DNA of 64,000 nucleotides, taken from the NCBI RefSeq assembly GCF_040938485.1, contig NW_027271287.1, positions 1,240,001 through 1,304,000 on the forward strand, written 5' to 3'. Below the pieces are notes generated by a model that made no database searches, was not told where the DNA came from, and worked only from the letters and a program-made list of their open reading frames with translations. A program made the translations under genes and the position numbers. This stretch comes from Diadema antillarum. Taxonomy: Eukaryota. Positions 51,211 to 64,000 of this stretch are shown here, in pieces (position 1 is the first letter of the stretch; every line of letters begins with the position of its first letter).

Positions 51211-53152
51211 GCGTGGAGGGATCGAGAAAATTTCGGGCTGATGGAGACGCACCCAAGATAGCGCGCTATCTCACGAATTAGCGCTCTAGTTGACGAACTA
51301 GACCAAGATTTTGGGGGAAATTTTACCGATCAAATAGCGCGCTATCTGCGTCTTCACTACACAGATAGCGCGCTATTTTGACATCAGACTAGTTTGGTAA
51401 CCGCAAGATAACGCGCTATTTTGAAACTTCGGGCTGCCCGAAGTTTCAAAATAGCGCGTTAAGGCATGTCTTCATCAGCCCGAAGTTTCAAAATAGCGCG
51501 TTATCTTGCGGTTACCAAACTAGTCTGATGTCAAAATAGCGCGCTATCTAGGCGTGTCTTCATCAGCCCGAAGTTTCAAAATAGCGCGCTATCTTGCGGT
51601 TACCAAACTAGTCCGATGTCAAAATAGCGCGCTATCTGTGTGGTGAAGACGCAGATAGCGCGCTATTTGATCGGGAAAATTTCCCCCCAAATCTTGGTCT
51701 AGTTCGTCAACTAGAGCGCTAATTCGTGAAATAGCGCGCTATCTTGGGTGCGTCTCCATCAGCCCGAAATTTTCTCGATCCCTCCACGCTTCTGGTTAGC
51801 CAGCTGGCAATGGAAAGCGCATGTACAAGCAGCTAGTACATTACACGCACGGTGTATTCAAGGATCACATGTGTGTACTATAGGCCTACTGTTGTTGTCA
51901 TCTTTAAAACCAGGGAGGTGATTTCTCTCACCTCCCTATTAAAACTCAGTGCCGTGCATGCTAGCTATTCTTTTGTAAACTTCTTCTTCTGGTCCACTCT
52001 ACCTTAGCTGAAGATTCTCGCAGATTGTGTGCATTTTAGATTTGTTTAAACATTGCAATTCGTTAATTTCATATAAGATGCCTCACTGGACAGAAGAAAG
52101 AGCAGCGTTATTAATATCCCTTTGGAGAGAATTTGCTGTACTGCTCACCTCCCTGGTTGTAGAATCGTACATACGGTGATACAGGAGATTTTGAGCGGGG
52201 AAATCCACTTTCGAACCGCGAGCCAGGCAGAGTAATATTGCAAAGTGCGCATGCGTCAATTTTCGGACTAATTTCCCGAAGCAGGCTGTTCAAGCTGATG
52301 AAGACGCATATTCGCTGTATCGGGCTATTTTCTAAGACCGCAAAATGTCCCGCTAGTTTGAACTTCGGGCTGATGAAGACACTTCTACTGTGTAGTGAAG
52401 ACGCAGATAGCGCGCTATTTGATCGGTAAAATTTCCCCCAAAATCTTGGTCTAGTTCGTCAACTAGAGCACTAATTCGTGAGATAGCGCGCTATCTTGGG
52501 TGCGTCTCCATCAGCCCGAAATTTTCTCGATCCCTCCACGCTTCTGGTTAGCCAGCTGGCAATGGAAAGCGCATGTACAAGCAGCTAGTGATTGTGTATA
52601 GCACATTACACGCACGGTGTATTCAAGGATCACATGTGTGTACTATAGGCCTACTGTTGTTGTCATCTTTAAAACCTGGGAGGTGATTTCTCTCACCTCC
52701 CTATCAAAACTCAGTGCCGTGCATGCTAGCTGTTCTTTTGTAAACTTCTTCTTCTGGTCCACTCTACCTTAGCTGAAGATTCTTGCAGATTGTGTGCATT
52801 TTGGATTTGTTCAAACATTGCAATTCGTTAATTTCATATATAAGATGCCTCACTGGACAGAAGAAAGAGTAGCGTTATCAATATCCCTTTGGAGAGAATT
52901 TGCTGTACTGTTCACCTCCCTGGTTGTAGAATCGTACATACGGTGATATAGGAGATTTTGAGCAGGGAAATCCACTTTCGAACCGCGAGCCAGGCAGAGT
53001 AATATTGCAAAGTGCGCATGCGTCAATTTTCGGACTAATTTCCCAAAGTGGGCTGTTCGAGCTGATGAAGACGCACATTCGCTGTATCGGGCTATTTTCT
53101 AAGACCGCAAAATGTCCCGCTAGTTTGAACTTCGGGCTGATGAAGACGCGCC
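51211..53152. mobile_element. Composite of two ~840-bp Harbinger-like non-autonomous copies (one inside the other) plus an inverted duplication of the left end
   Basis: TIR ggcgtgtcttcatcagcccgaagtt (variants at 51463 and 51551) and aacttcgggctgatgaagacgcgcc (ends 53152; degenerate at about 52385). The ~765-bp body is present twice. 51211-51436 is the reverse complement of 51564-51789. Confidence 0.8.
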
Positions 53153-55324
53153 TTATGAGTAAATACCTTTAGCTCAAATTTCCAAGTGATGTCACAGCCA
53201 TTCATCGCCATGGAGACTGGTTCAACCACAACCTCACCTGGCCCAAGTGTTTATGTGCACATCTGCATGGGACAAACCAGGTGTAAGCAATGTCATTTGT
53301 CAATGAAGAAGGCTCAAAATAACTGAACTGGGAAGTTTTGGCTACCATGTATGCTTATTAGCAATGATGAAATTCTCTGTGTTGATTTGACTGACCACTG
53401 AGGTCTCATTTTGTGGTTGTGTTGAATGTATGGATGTATTATCTGCTAGACTTATTTGGAATTGTTCCTTATGCAATCCACAGTGAACATGTGATATTGC
53501 CAGCAAGCAAATGTTGACATGTTTGATGTCAGTGCAAACTGTAGGTTTATTCAGAACTCCATGATCATTCCAAAAAGGGAGAGATGAATGAATATTTTTG
53601 TTGCAATCCATGTTAGACCATTGACACTGCTCTGAAAAACTACCAAAGTAGGTCATACTGGTAAATTACCACAATGGTGTATGTCTGTTGGTGTGTTTTT
53701 TTTTTTCTTTTTTTTTTTTCATTCTTGATATGTTGATATTCTTAAGCTATTGTAAACAATCACAATTCCTGTTATGGATGTATATAGTAGAAAATGCAAT
53801 TACAATATTTGTTTATGATGGCTTTGTTTACTGAATTATTTAAAGGCAATCAAATAAAGATTTTGGAAAAACAACAAGTGTGTGTGGAGGGCGGGTGTGT
53901 TGTGATGCTGAGGGTACGTATGTGTGATATATAGGCTTACTAGCAGCTGTGATGCCTACTGTGAACTGTGTGACTTGATAGGATTCTGCCGCAACTCTGT
54001 GGTGAAGTTTTAAAGAGATAAGTTTTCATTGAGTCACACCAGGTAAACTCTGAGTCACCTTTACGTGCAGTCGGTAGAAATTGCTGGAAACTGCAGCAAA
54101 ATTTAGGGAAGTGAAACATGGATACATGCAGGTTTTCCCAATCAGGGTTTTTTTTTTAACCCCTGCAATGGATGAAAACATGAATGACAGCAAACAAACA
54201 CAATTGTGTAGACTTTTTTTTGTGTGTGTGACCTCCTCAGAGACAATGAGGCCTCACGGCGAACTCTGTGTGTGCAGTTGTGCATAGAATTTGTGGGGTA
54301 ACATGGTGTTTTGAATTGCCAATCCTCTCCTGCATCTGGAAATAACCTCATATTCATTATATGCTATCAAATGTCACAGTGGCAGCAGTGACATAATGTT
54401 CATTGTACTTCTAAAGATTATGCCCTCTACAACTTCCTCAAGAGTCATTTCTAAACCTCACTTGGGGAATATATCTATGTGTATTATGTAATAGAAATGT
54501 TACTCCGTACAACACTCAAAAACATGTGATCTCAAGTGGCTATTTTTACCCATCAGCGCCCAGTCTGACAGCCTTGGACCTCCAAACAAGACTGGAAATA
54601 AAAACAATTTTGGAAGTAGTACTTGAACAAAGTACTGCATCAAACCAAGAGATTTACATTGCAAGGCAAACATCTTGCTGCACGGTATAAACAGGTGACT
54701 TGTTGAGAAATATTTACATTGTGGTGTTCAGGTCTGATGCTATTTGTAACAAGGGGGAAAAAAGAAATTGCCAGATTTATGACATCACTGCTCTATTTTA
54801 ATATAGAAAAATACTTGTGACTGAGCGGATGAAAACAAACAAACAAACAAAAGATACTGTACTGCAGCATAATGAGAAGCCCAGTGCAAAAATATGATAT
54901 ACCCTGCTTGTCATGCTAACTGTCATAATAGTCCCTTCTCCCAGATTTAGTTGAAAGCGAAATGGAAAGGGACCGATCTCTTGTCTTTTACTATTAAATG
55001 GTATTTTTCTTGATTTCGAAATTGGAGCAATTATGCAACAGTGTCATTACTCCATGGGGGAGTGCATGGAATAGCTGTACATTTATGCAAAATATAGAAA
55101 CTGGCCTGAAATACCTGTATTAAAAAACAAAACAAAACAAACATGTAATCAGACAGTTATGGCTGTTTGATAAGAGACAGTTGCTGAGAATATCATCCTT
55201 CTTTCTTCTTACTGAAGTTAATTTTGTAATGACCATTTAATATTTTGTTTGTAGTATATGATTTTTCTTCTAACCATTTTTAAGGGTTGAAATCTTTCAT
55301 CAATACTAAATGAAAGGAAATAAT

Positions 55325-55466
55325 NNNNNNNNNNNNNNNNNNNNNNNNNNNNNNNNNNNNNNNNNNNNNNNNNNNNNNNNNNNNNNNNNNNNNNNNNNNN
55401 NNNNNNNNNNNNNNNNNNNNNNNNNNNNNNNNNNNNNNNNNNNNNNNNNNNNNNNNNNNNNNNNNN
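55325..55466. other. Assembly gap (142 N)
   Basis: Run of N characters. Confidence 1.
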
Positions 55467-58373
55467 CAAAAGGTGCAGAAATAAGCCAGATCACATGGTA
55501 GCAATGGTCTGCAAGAACCAGAAAATGGCAGTTTACATGTAAATGCTACTTGAATCGCTTTTATTGATTTGGTTGCAGAAAGATTTGTACCAAATGAATA
55601 TGAATTTATTTCATTGAAAGGATAGTGTATTCTTTGAACTGTTGAGTTTGTGTTGGCAGTTGCTGTCAGTGGTATGTCCAAGAATCCAAGATACATAGGC
55701 CAATAAGCCTGATTTGGTCTGCCCACAAAATGAACTGGTACTGGGAGGGTATTCATGCTCACAATGAATGCACGCATACAATCATGATTTAGGCCAATTT
55801 AATGTAATTCAGTTCACTTAAACGTTCCCCTGTAAATAGTGTGGGTTACCCACTGTTAGTCGGCGACAACCCATAGCAACCTGCAGAACCATGTAAGGTG
55901 AAATTCTCATCCATTTGAAACTAAGACTACTTATCATTGAATCAATTGTCCAGTCTAAATCAAATGAAGTTTATTAGGGCTGTAGATACAGAATTCTCAG
56001 TTCTATTAAAAAAAAAAATCAGTTGTGAGATTCTCCAGGAAAAAAAAAAAACATGACAATGAAATATTGATAAACAATACTATAGGAATGGTTTAGAAAT
56101 TAGTGTTTTCAGAGTTGGATGCTATCACATTGATATTATAAAGATGTATATATGATGTAAGTGGAATATAAAGATGTAGAATTGAAGATTTGATTGAATT
56201 GGGCTGTTCAATAATAAAATGTATGATTGAAGTTACATTTATCTTTCTATTCTTTGATGAATTTGCCCTCCAGACAATATGGAGGGGAAAGGGTGGGATA
56301 TGCCATGCTCCTGATTAAATGCCATGCTTTTACACTGTATAAATGCATATTATGGTCTGATCAGAGTTTTGAGACACATGGAAGCATTTGAGAGAGAAAT
56401 AGATACAGATTAGAAAACTGGTTAACATGCGGGCATGTTAGGACTGGAATGGGGATGTGCTTGTATCTGCAGACATCACAGTTGACCATGATCCAATTAG
56501 ATGTTCCCGATGTGTAACAGTCGCGGGAATTACGCAATATAATTAGCGAATTGGCTTATGAATAAAATAGACATCATAACATGGGGATTCCCATTTCCTA
56601 TTTTCACAAATTTCCTGATTTTTTAAATTTTAGGAAAATGGGGAGGGGGAACAAAGAAAGCTAAACCAAGAGAGATAATGCAAAATATGAAAGAGAGAGA
56701 ACAGAAAGGGAGAGGGAGTAAGGAGCCTCCGTGAATGCTAACTATTTCATTAGAAAAACGGAGAGCAGTACTAGCATAGTCTTAACGACTGCTTGTAGTA
56801 AACAATCAAACAATGAGTTGAGTGCTCAACCCAGTAGGGATGACACATTTTTGTGCAATGAGGTGGGACCTTCTGCCTGCATGCTCCACCGCACACTCAC
56901 CCTAAATAGACTGCCAACGAGCAAGACAGACTGACGGGCGCATTATGCACACACTCAGTACACACTCGTAGGTCTGCACGTAGGAAGACACAATCCCATT
57001 TTGTTATTCCCCCTCCGCCTACTCCTCCTCCTCCTCCTATGAACCGTGTATTTCCCCCCACAGGCTGAATAACTTAGGGCTCATAAACGCACTGGTGGAG
57101 GGCCCGCTGTACCCCCCACTGGAGTCGCTTTGATGAATTAGTGGGGATTTCCACATGTGATTGGGTTCCTTATTAACGACTGGTTGTCACTCTGGTGGGT
57201 CAGTTGCTTCTCTACTCTACGTACTTGTACTCGAGCCAGCTTCAAGATAACCAGCTCTGTATACGTCCGTTGTCTGCTCTGTCATTATGGTTTGTCACGT
57301 AGTTCCTGGATGATGCTTATCATTTTTCACTGAAACTCTACACCGGGTATCATCGAGAGTGGCGGGAAGCTTGGAGATCGTTCATAAAAAAACTAGTCTT
57401 AGTGTGGAACGATTGTGGCGTGCCCTCTGCATCAGTTGATCAGAATTGGTATCGTCAAGCAGCGTCATTATACTTTGAGGATAACACTCAAGATAGAGGT
57501 GAAAGTGGAATTCCACACGAGGTCACGTGAACGAACACTTTTTGCACAAAAGCGCGCATTTTCCCTCCCATTCCTCCCTCACCTCCCTGGGAAGATTACG
57601 TGACATCTGGGCAGAGTCTCAACGAGCTTGTGTGAGTATGGAGCAGAAGTGATGCATCAAGTCTTTTCACAGAGACACTCCACTTGGACAGATCTCACAT
57701 GTGATGGCTGATAGCATTTACCTCGGTACTCTATCTGCTTTATAGAGCAATTACATGTACGATGCTCTATTTTGACAGTGACAGCGAAACTGTTCTTATG
57801 GTTTATAGTGGCCTGTGACTGTGTGTTTGAGGGGTCATATGTATACACCAGACCTTTTATTGAAATTGGTCTCTGTCATGCTGTGGTGCCTTTCTGAGGG
57901 GCAGCGTGACATCTAAATTCCTGTGTTTTATATCAACATTCCCCTTTTTTTTTAGGTTGTGGTGTCAAAAGTAGCTGCTAGCTACTTTTTTTCATGTGAT
58001 GAGAAAGTGTGTATTAATGTCAGTTAATGTATTTATGGTCTGGACATTAATGTTGTTTATTAGCAACCTGCTACAATACAGGTACACTGTATCATCTTTT
58101 GTGCCATGATCACCTCTCACCCCCCCTCCCCCCCCCCCAAAAAAAAGAGAAGATATTTGGTGCCAGATAGAGTATTGTCTTTATCTTTTTGATTAGATTT
58201 GAGAATCCAAGTGCATGTATAACCAATTCTTAGATTATTTCCCACTAGTAGTTTCATGTTTTATATCATTTCATGACCTGTGCCAGTACCACTGTCCATA
58301 GTGACTGCCTGGTATGTGTCCACTTCTTCCCCCCCCCCCCTTCCATGGACTGAACTCCATTAGTCTGCACTAG

Positions 58374-58486
58374 GGGGGTTCACATGACAGTTTGGGAGAG
58401 AGATTTGAATCGCGATCTTGGATTGCGATCCAACCATAATTGTTTGCATCACTATATAAATCTCACTGAATTGTCATGTGAACTCC
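58374..58486. mobile_element. Short Harbinger-like MITE
   Basis: ggggttcacatgaca / tgtcatgtgaactcc inverted termini. Confidence 0.5.
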
Positions 58487-60986
58487 TGGCAGGCAGATAA
58501 ATTGTGATTGATCACAATCCATATCTTACTGTTTGTGTGATTTTTCATGTAGGCCTAGTATGTAATCGTGATGATTGCTCCGGGCCGTTTCCCGTCGCAT
58601 TGGTGATTTGAACATCAGTGGGTTAGTGAGATTTGAGGTCGTTGTGTGAAACCCTGCCAAAAAACATCAGTGTGTCAATCATGACTGTTTGGTAGAGTTT
58701 TTGCCTTGTTTGATTGGTGGTCTGAAAAGAGAGATGTGGATCATAATTTGGATCACGCTCAAAATCTCACTCCTCCCATCCTCGAAATGCACCTCATCTT
58801 TGTTGCAATCTCACTGAGCAAATATTCATACTGAAAGTGCATAAAACAATCAACTGCTGGAAACAACTACCGAGTATGTTCTGCATTGTTGGTATCTATT
58901 GAAATATTTTGCTACTTTTGTCCTTGCTACCTACTCCAAGTCCCCCAACTATTGAATGGCAGGTCTTGGACGAAATTGTGAATTGGCTCCATTCCATGGA
59001 AGATTTGTAATGAAAGTGAAAATTAAATAACAAGATTGGCTAAAAAATCAAAAGTTGTCAAATGCAACAACCACTGCTGGGATAGATTATGACATCTCTT
59101 CTATTGGACAGTATCATCAGAACATTTCTATGACATAATCCTGTAAAAGTGGAAACTTTGTGCAGTTTGTGTGAAATGTGTAAAAAGAAAAAAAAAAATT
59201 TCGGCTTGTTGACTACTGTGCTTAGTGTAATGTTTGGATTCCGCAAAATTCATCTGACCCGGCCAAGCACAAAGGATTACTTGTGCAAAAATTCACTGTT
59301 ATCACATTAATTAACCAATTAAATGGAGTAAAATTGGTCTCATGAAAAACTTTGTTTTCAGCAAACACTAGTGTATTGTGGATACATTTCATGAATTCAT
59401 CAAAGAAAGAACATGAAATAAACTGTGCAACAAAATATAGCCTGGGGGTATAAATGAAAAAAACCTGAACACTACTTTGTAGAAAGTACTTGAATGAAGG
59501 CTATCAAAGACAACAGAAGCTGTAGAATTAAATGTCAGACAATGCATTATACATGTACCGGTGGTCCACCAGCACGCCGAGTCCAACTTAGCTCTAACAC
59601 TATCTGTACAGTTCTGTCCTCTCTTATTGGGACAGTTGCTCTATTAGGACATTGGCCCCACTCTCGATTTGTTTCACTTACAAAGCGTTGGCAGCAGTAA
59701 TGCCTTTGTGAAGATAAAGATCCACTTTAGTTTCATACATACATAAGCTAGAAAGAATATATGAGCTCCTCGGAGAGTACCTGATTCCTTATTTCCTGCT
59801 TGCAAAATAATAACAAGCCTGTACATGTTCAGACCTGTATGATATTTCATCATGAGAGCATTTGAAAATAGCAAGGAATAAAAGTGCTCAGTATTCCTGG
59901 TTTGCTCTTGAACTGTTATTCTCTGTCCTTTCTGGTGTCTTTGGTTAACAAGGTCAAAGGATGTGTACATCAACTTCTGGCATAGAATTAAGGATTCCAA
60001 ACAACTTTCAGGAAGATTTGGGCAGATGATATCTATAGGCAAAGCTGTTTTGATTATGGGGTTAGAAACACATATCTGTAATGCTGAAAAGAGTGCACTT
60101 GCAAACACGTTTGAGTGAGAAACATGTTTTTGTGGAGTTGATAAACACGAAATCTCTTTGAAATGTGTTAATAGCTCGGACCTGCCCATGGCCAACCACT
60201 GCCAAATCGCTACACATTTCCACTCCTTTGGTCAAAATGGATCTGGGCAGTGACAAGGCCTCCCAGTCAACTCACGACTGAGTTGATAAACGCAACAACT
60301 CGGGAAACGTGATCCAAAAGGCATTTTCAGCATTTTAGAATTCTTTGCCCGTCTCTAAATCATGTTGCTAGGGAGTGGCATGTGTTTGAGTTTATCCGTT
60401 TTGAAAATATCTCTGCTTATCCAGTCTTTTTCTGATAAATATCATGAATAATGTGTACAGTAAATTGCATTTACCTTCATAAGGTCACGTGCCACACCCA
60501 GTGCATGGCATGGCTTTCAGCTTGTTGCTTGTAAAATACAACTCATAACTTATTAGTGAAGGTGATATAATCCGTGTTTCAGAGGAAGGAAGGGCATATA
60601 ATGACAAATTAGTCGTCATAGCAGCATAGTGTAAATGTATCATAACATGTGCATTGTGTGTTTAGAACGAGTTGTTATCACCGTTCTTTGTGTAGAAATA
60701 AGTCCATATTCTTCACTGATGATAAAAAAGCAACAGCAGATGATAATTTGCTATGTATGACCTTTCTACCTTCAATTTGATACAATCTTTGAAACAGATA
60801 AGGAAATAATATTGTAAACCATGAATCATAGTGTTTAGAAGTACTTTGCCTGTTGATTAATATGTCATGATCTTATGGAGTAATTCATAGTTGAGTTTTC
60901 TTTTTAATTTAAATGTAGGGTAATTTCTTGTTCACTGTGGTGTGAATTATGATTTGATTACTTGCAATGTCGTGAAAATAAAACGT

Positions 60987-61040
60987 AATGATGATGATGA
61001 TGATGATGACGATGATGATGATGATGATAATAATGATGAT
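60987..61040 (+). repeat. (GAT)n/(AAT)n microsatellite
   Basis: atgatgatgatgatgatgacgatgatgatgatgatgataataatgatgat. Confidence 0.9.
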
Positions 61041-62441
61041 TACTATGGTAATAGTTATGATATTGTTTGAGTGATGACTGTTTATCCTGCTTACTGTAAA
61101 TAGATTCCTGCTCAGAAATATTCATGAGCTGTCAAGTGGGGAAGGGGCATTCCAACCAAAAATGGCATGCCAACTTTCTTCTTTCTTGTGACATTTTCTA
61201 TCTTTGATAGCATGACACCATGGAATATTACTGAATGTCTGATTGATTTCTTTCTTTTTCTTTTTCTCATCCAGAGCCAATATATAATGGAAATTAAAGA
61301 CTACCTATCACCTTGCCTACTACTCTTTACTGAACTGACGCAAGTTTACCAAGAATTGTAAGTATTGCTGATATTGTGCACTTCGTGAGATTTACTCATG
61401 TACAGTGTATATGTAATGTGAAAAATAACCAAATGTTTTAAAGGAAGAATTTAAATGTTTCTTCTTTTTTTTAAAACATGAAACAGGAAGTCTTTTTGAG
61501 GATGCTGATAATGACAGGGAAAGCAGGTAATTAGTGAAATGTGCCCATTTAATGTCATATTTGATGCAGGGAAAGGTTACAACCTTGCGATTATCAGGTA
61601 GTTAATTCACTATAATGATGTGCCTTTAGGCCTTCCAAATTACTCTTACGGTAATGTGGCCTAATTTCGTTTGTAGCGTACGCGGAAATGTGGGGAAAAT
61701 GCTAATAATGATAATGTAGAGAGTAATTGCCTGCAGGTTTGTGATGAGAGATGCATAATGAGATGAATTTTCAGTGGGGCTGGGGGGGGGGGGGAGGACA
61801 ACATGGTTGTCAAGATACATAGCTCTAAATCAGCAAAAGTAATTAGCACACGGAATGTATTTGTATGGCAACTCAAATTCACCGATTTGCTGGGACACTT
61901 TTTTTTCGTTACTCCATCGCTTTACAGTTCAATATTGATCTAGCTTAGGTAGCACTTACTTAATCTTTGATAAGACTGAAAGGAATAGAAGAATGATGTA
62001 TACAAGTATCAAAAATAAGAATGAGTAAAATCATATGAAAGTATATGTGATAGCAATGTATTCTATGCTAATCCTCACATTGATTTACATAATTTCAAGC
62101 TATTTGACTGAACAAGTGAGGGCTTGCGTGAGATGTGATCCTCAATTCAGAAGAGGTCATTGCTAATGCGTGGGAAGGGGCACTTTGACGCCTTGCATGG
62201 CTTGCATTGGGAATTCAGCCATTTTTAGCACAGAGCTCATATCCATGATGATGTTGTTTTTTGAGACATTGGTACAAGTTGTGAGAACAAAACACATGAA
62301 ATCATTGTAAATGACTGAAACGGAGTGAGACATCTTTATTGTGAGCTGCAATCAGCCCACAATAGGCACTTTGATAAAATGCCCCTCTGTTGATATCAAT
62401 TTACATCAACTGAATAGTGTAGATACAATTTTTTTTTTCCT

Positions 62442-62564
62442 CTGGGCCCTGTTTTATGAAAAGATAAAATCGATTTTAAATTTTCTTAACACACAGACTG
62501 CCATAGACTTATCATAAAAATCAACTTTACAATCAATTTTAACTCTTCATAAAACAGGGCCCTG
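62442..62564. mobile_element. ~120-bp Harbinger-like MITE with CTG target duplication
   Basis: CTG|ggccctgttttatgaa ... ttcataaaacagggcc|CTG. Confidence 0.75.
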
Positions 62565-63665
62565 ATCATTGATTGTTTCTCCCTTTTGACTTCAAGATTG
62601 CAGTATCCATGATTTTGCTGGAGCCATATAAAATTGGGATGTTTATAGATGCTAAAACTTTAAATGTTATGTACAGTTCATACACAGGAATACTGTGCAA
62701 AAGGTACACAATACTTGCCTCTCAATTTCATTTGATTTAAAAAAAAAAATGAAAATTAAGGGTTTGATATGTTAAAATCTCAAGTAAACTTTTTATTGCT
62801 GATACTGTTTTTGTCATGTCTATTAGTTAATTAGATGAATCATCATTTTCAGCTGGGCTGTTGAGTTCATGAGCCTATTTTTGTCCAGGATTCCTCCCCT
62901 ACCCCCCTCCACCCCCAAACCCATAATTAGTCCTGTGCAGATGAGAGCCACCACTACCATTTAAGTCCTACATTCCCAAAGTGGAAATGTGACATCATAA
63001 AACAAAGCCTCAGTCTCAGAAAGACAGTCAGTCTGGCATCAAAAGGGTTAATAATCATCATCGAGTGTTTGCTGAGGCCAGTCTGCGATTAATTGGAGAC
63101 CCCAAACAATGAAAATTCCTCTTGCTTGAGTCAGCCTAAACCTGTTTGTGAAATTTCAACGAGCTGCTGGGTTTACTTCAGGTTAATTAATCCGTATAGC
63201 AGCCAGGCAGTGAACTCGAGTGAACTTTTCCGGTTGGAAAATTTCACACTGGGGATTATTCAGGCGCATTGTATGATAATGCATCTGCATATTTGGTATA
63301 TTGCTTGTATTTGAAATCAATATCTCAGGGCTATTGTATCAATTCATACTGGCCTAGAAGATGACAATAAAACAAGAAATGGAGGGGGAGCCTACTGTAG
63401 AAAATTCATAATTGGATATATGATACAGATGACAAAATAAAGAAGTGAAAACTGCCATGCAGCTTTTGTTACTCTGATTACTGGGAAAATGCATAGTCCC
63501 ACACTAGTCAAATGACTTCAGCATATCATATCAATTATGAATACATAAGATTCAGTTAGCACTGAGAGAATGTGATTTATGTTAGTACCTCATTTATCAT
63601 TGTCTCATATCAAATGGGCAAAGCAACTGATGCGACAAGATATTCTTGATGAAGTGTCTACTTGA

Positions 63666-63667
<2 letters not shown>

Positions 63668-63696
<29 letters not shown>

Positions 63697-63697
63697 T
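63668..63697 (+). repeat. (GA)n microsatellite; (CA)n tracts also at about 20377-20400 and 32813-32860
   Basis: Seen directly. Confidence 0.9.
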
Positions 63698-64000
63698 AGG
63701 CCTAGAATATTATAGATAGACGGAGAGAGAGAGAACAACACTATGAAACACTTATCATATTTGGATCCTGTGTGAACCAATTTTCATTATTAGCCTCCAA
63801 ACAAGATCTTAGTGCTACTAGTTGAAACACATGATTCTTTTGCTCGTGGATGAATTCTGTTGGCAGTGTTGTAGAAATACTCTAAGGGAGGACAGTGTGT
63901 TTTTCGTACTTTTTTTCCCGTAAACCGTAGAACGTCTGGTGAAGATATGAAAGACACACAGACATGTTTGTACTAAAATGCACTCACTACGCAAAGAACT

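Noticed and set aside
51240-52500. Repeated palindromic 12-16-mers superficially like a CRISPR array
   Set aside because: The intervening sequences are themselves duplicated rather than unique spacers, spacing is irregular, the context is eukaryotic and there are no cas genes.
52285-53150. CTGATGA motifs as possible hammerhead ribozyme cores (Penelope/retrozyme type)
   Set aside because: No stem II followed by the required GAAA box downstream of any CTGATGA; the motif is better explained as part of the TIR.

Overview
Eukaryotic, intron-rich animal genomic DNA. The repeat landscape and splice style suggest a marine invertebrate deuterostome such as a sea urchin (inference). Three housekeeping genes in the first 28 kb were reconstructed exon by exon by hand: V-ATPase subunit E (ATP6V1E, minus strand; 6 coding exons here, last exon apparently before base 1; one GC-AG intron), nucleoporin NUP37 (plus, 7 coding exons, 320 aa, complete) and mitochondrial ribosomal protein MRPL23 (minus, 4 coding exons, 148 aa, complete). 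From about 28.5 kb to the end there is no recognisable host coding exon. That part holds a full-length, apparently intact two-ORF non-LTR retrotransposon (CR1/L2/Crack group, 43.4-48.4 kb) nested in a Harbinger-like element, two 5'-truncated CR1-like fragments, many small non-autonomous DNA transposons (TA, TTAA, 5-bp and 6-bp target duplications), microsatellites and a 142-N assembly gap. The most unusual structures are a self-nested, fold-back, palindrome-rich element at 51.2-53.15 kb and several independent tight hairpins with 3-nt loops; one of these is present in only one of two tandem copies. No novel protein-coding system could be supported. All family assignments come from motif recognition without database searches.
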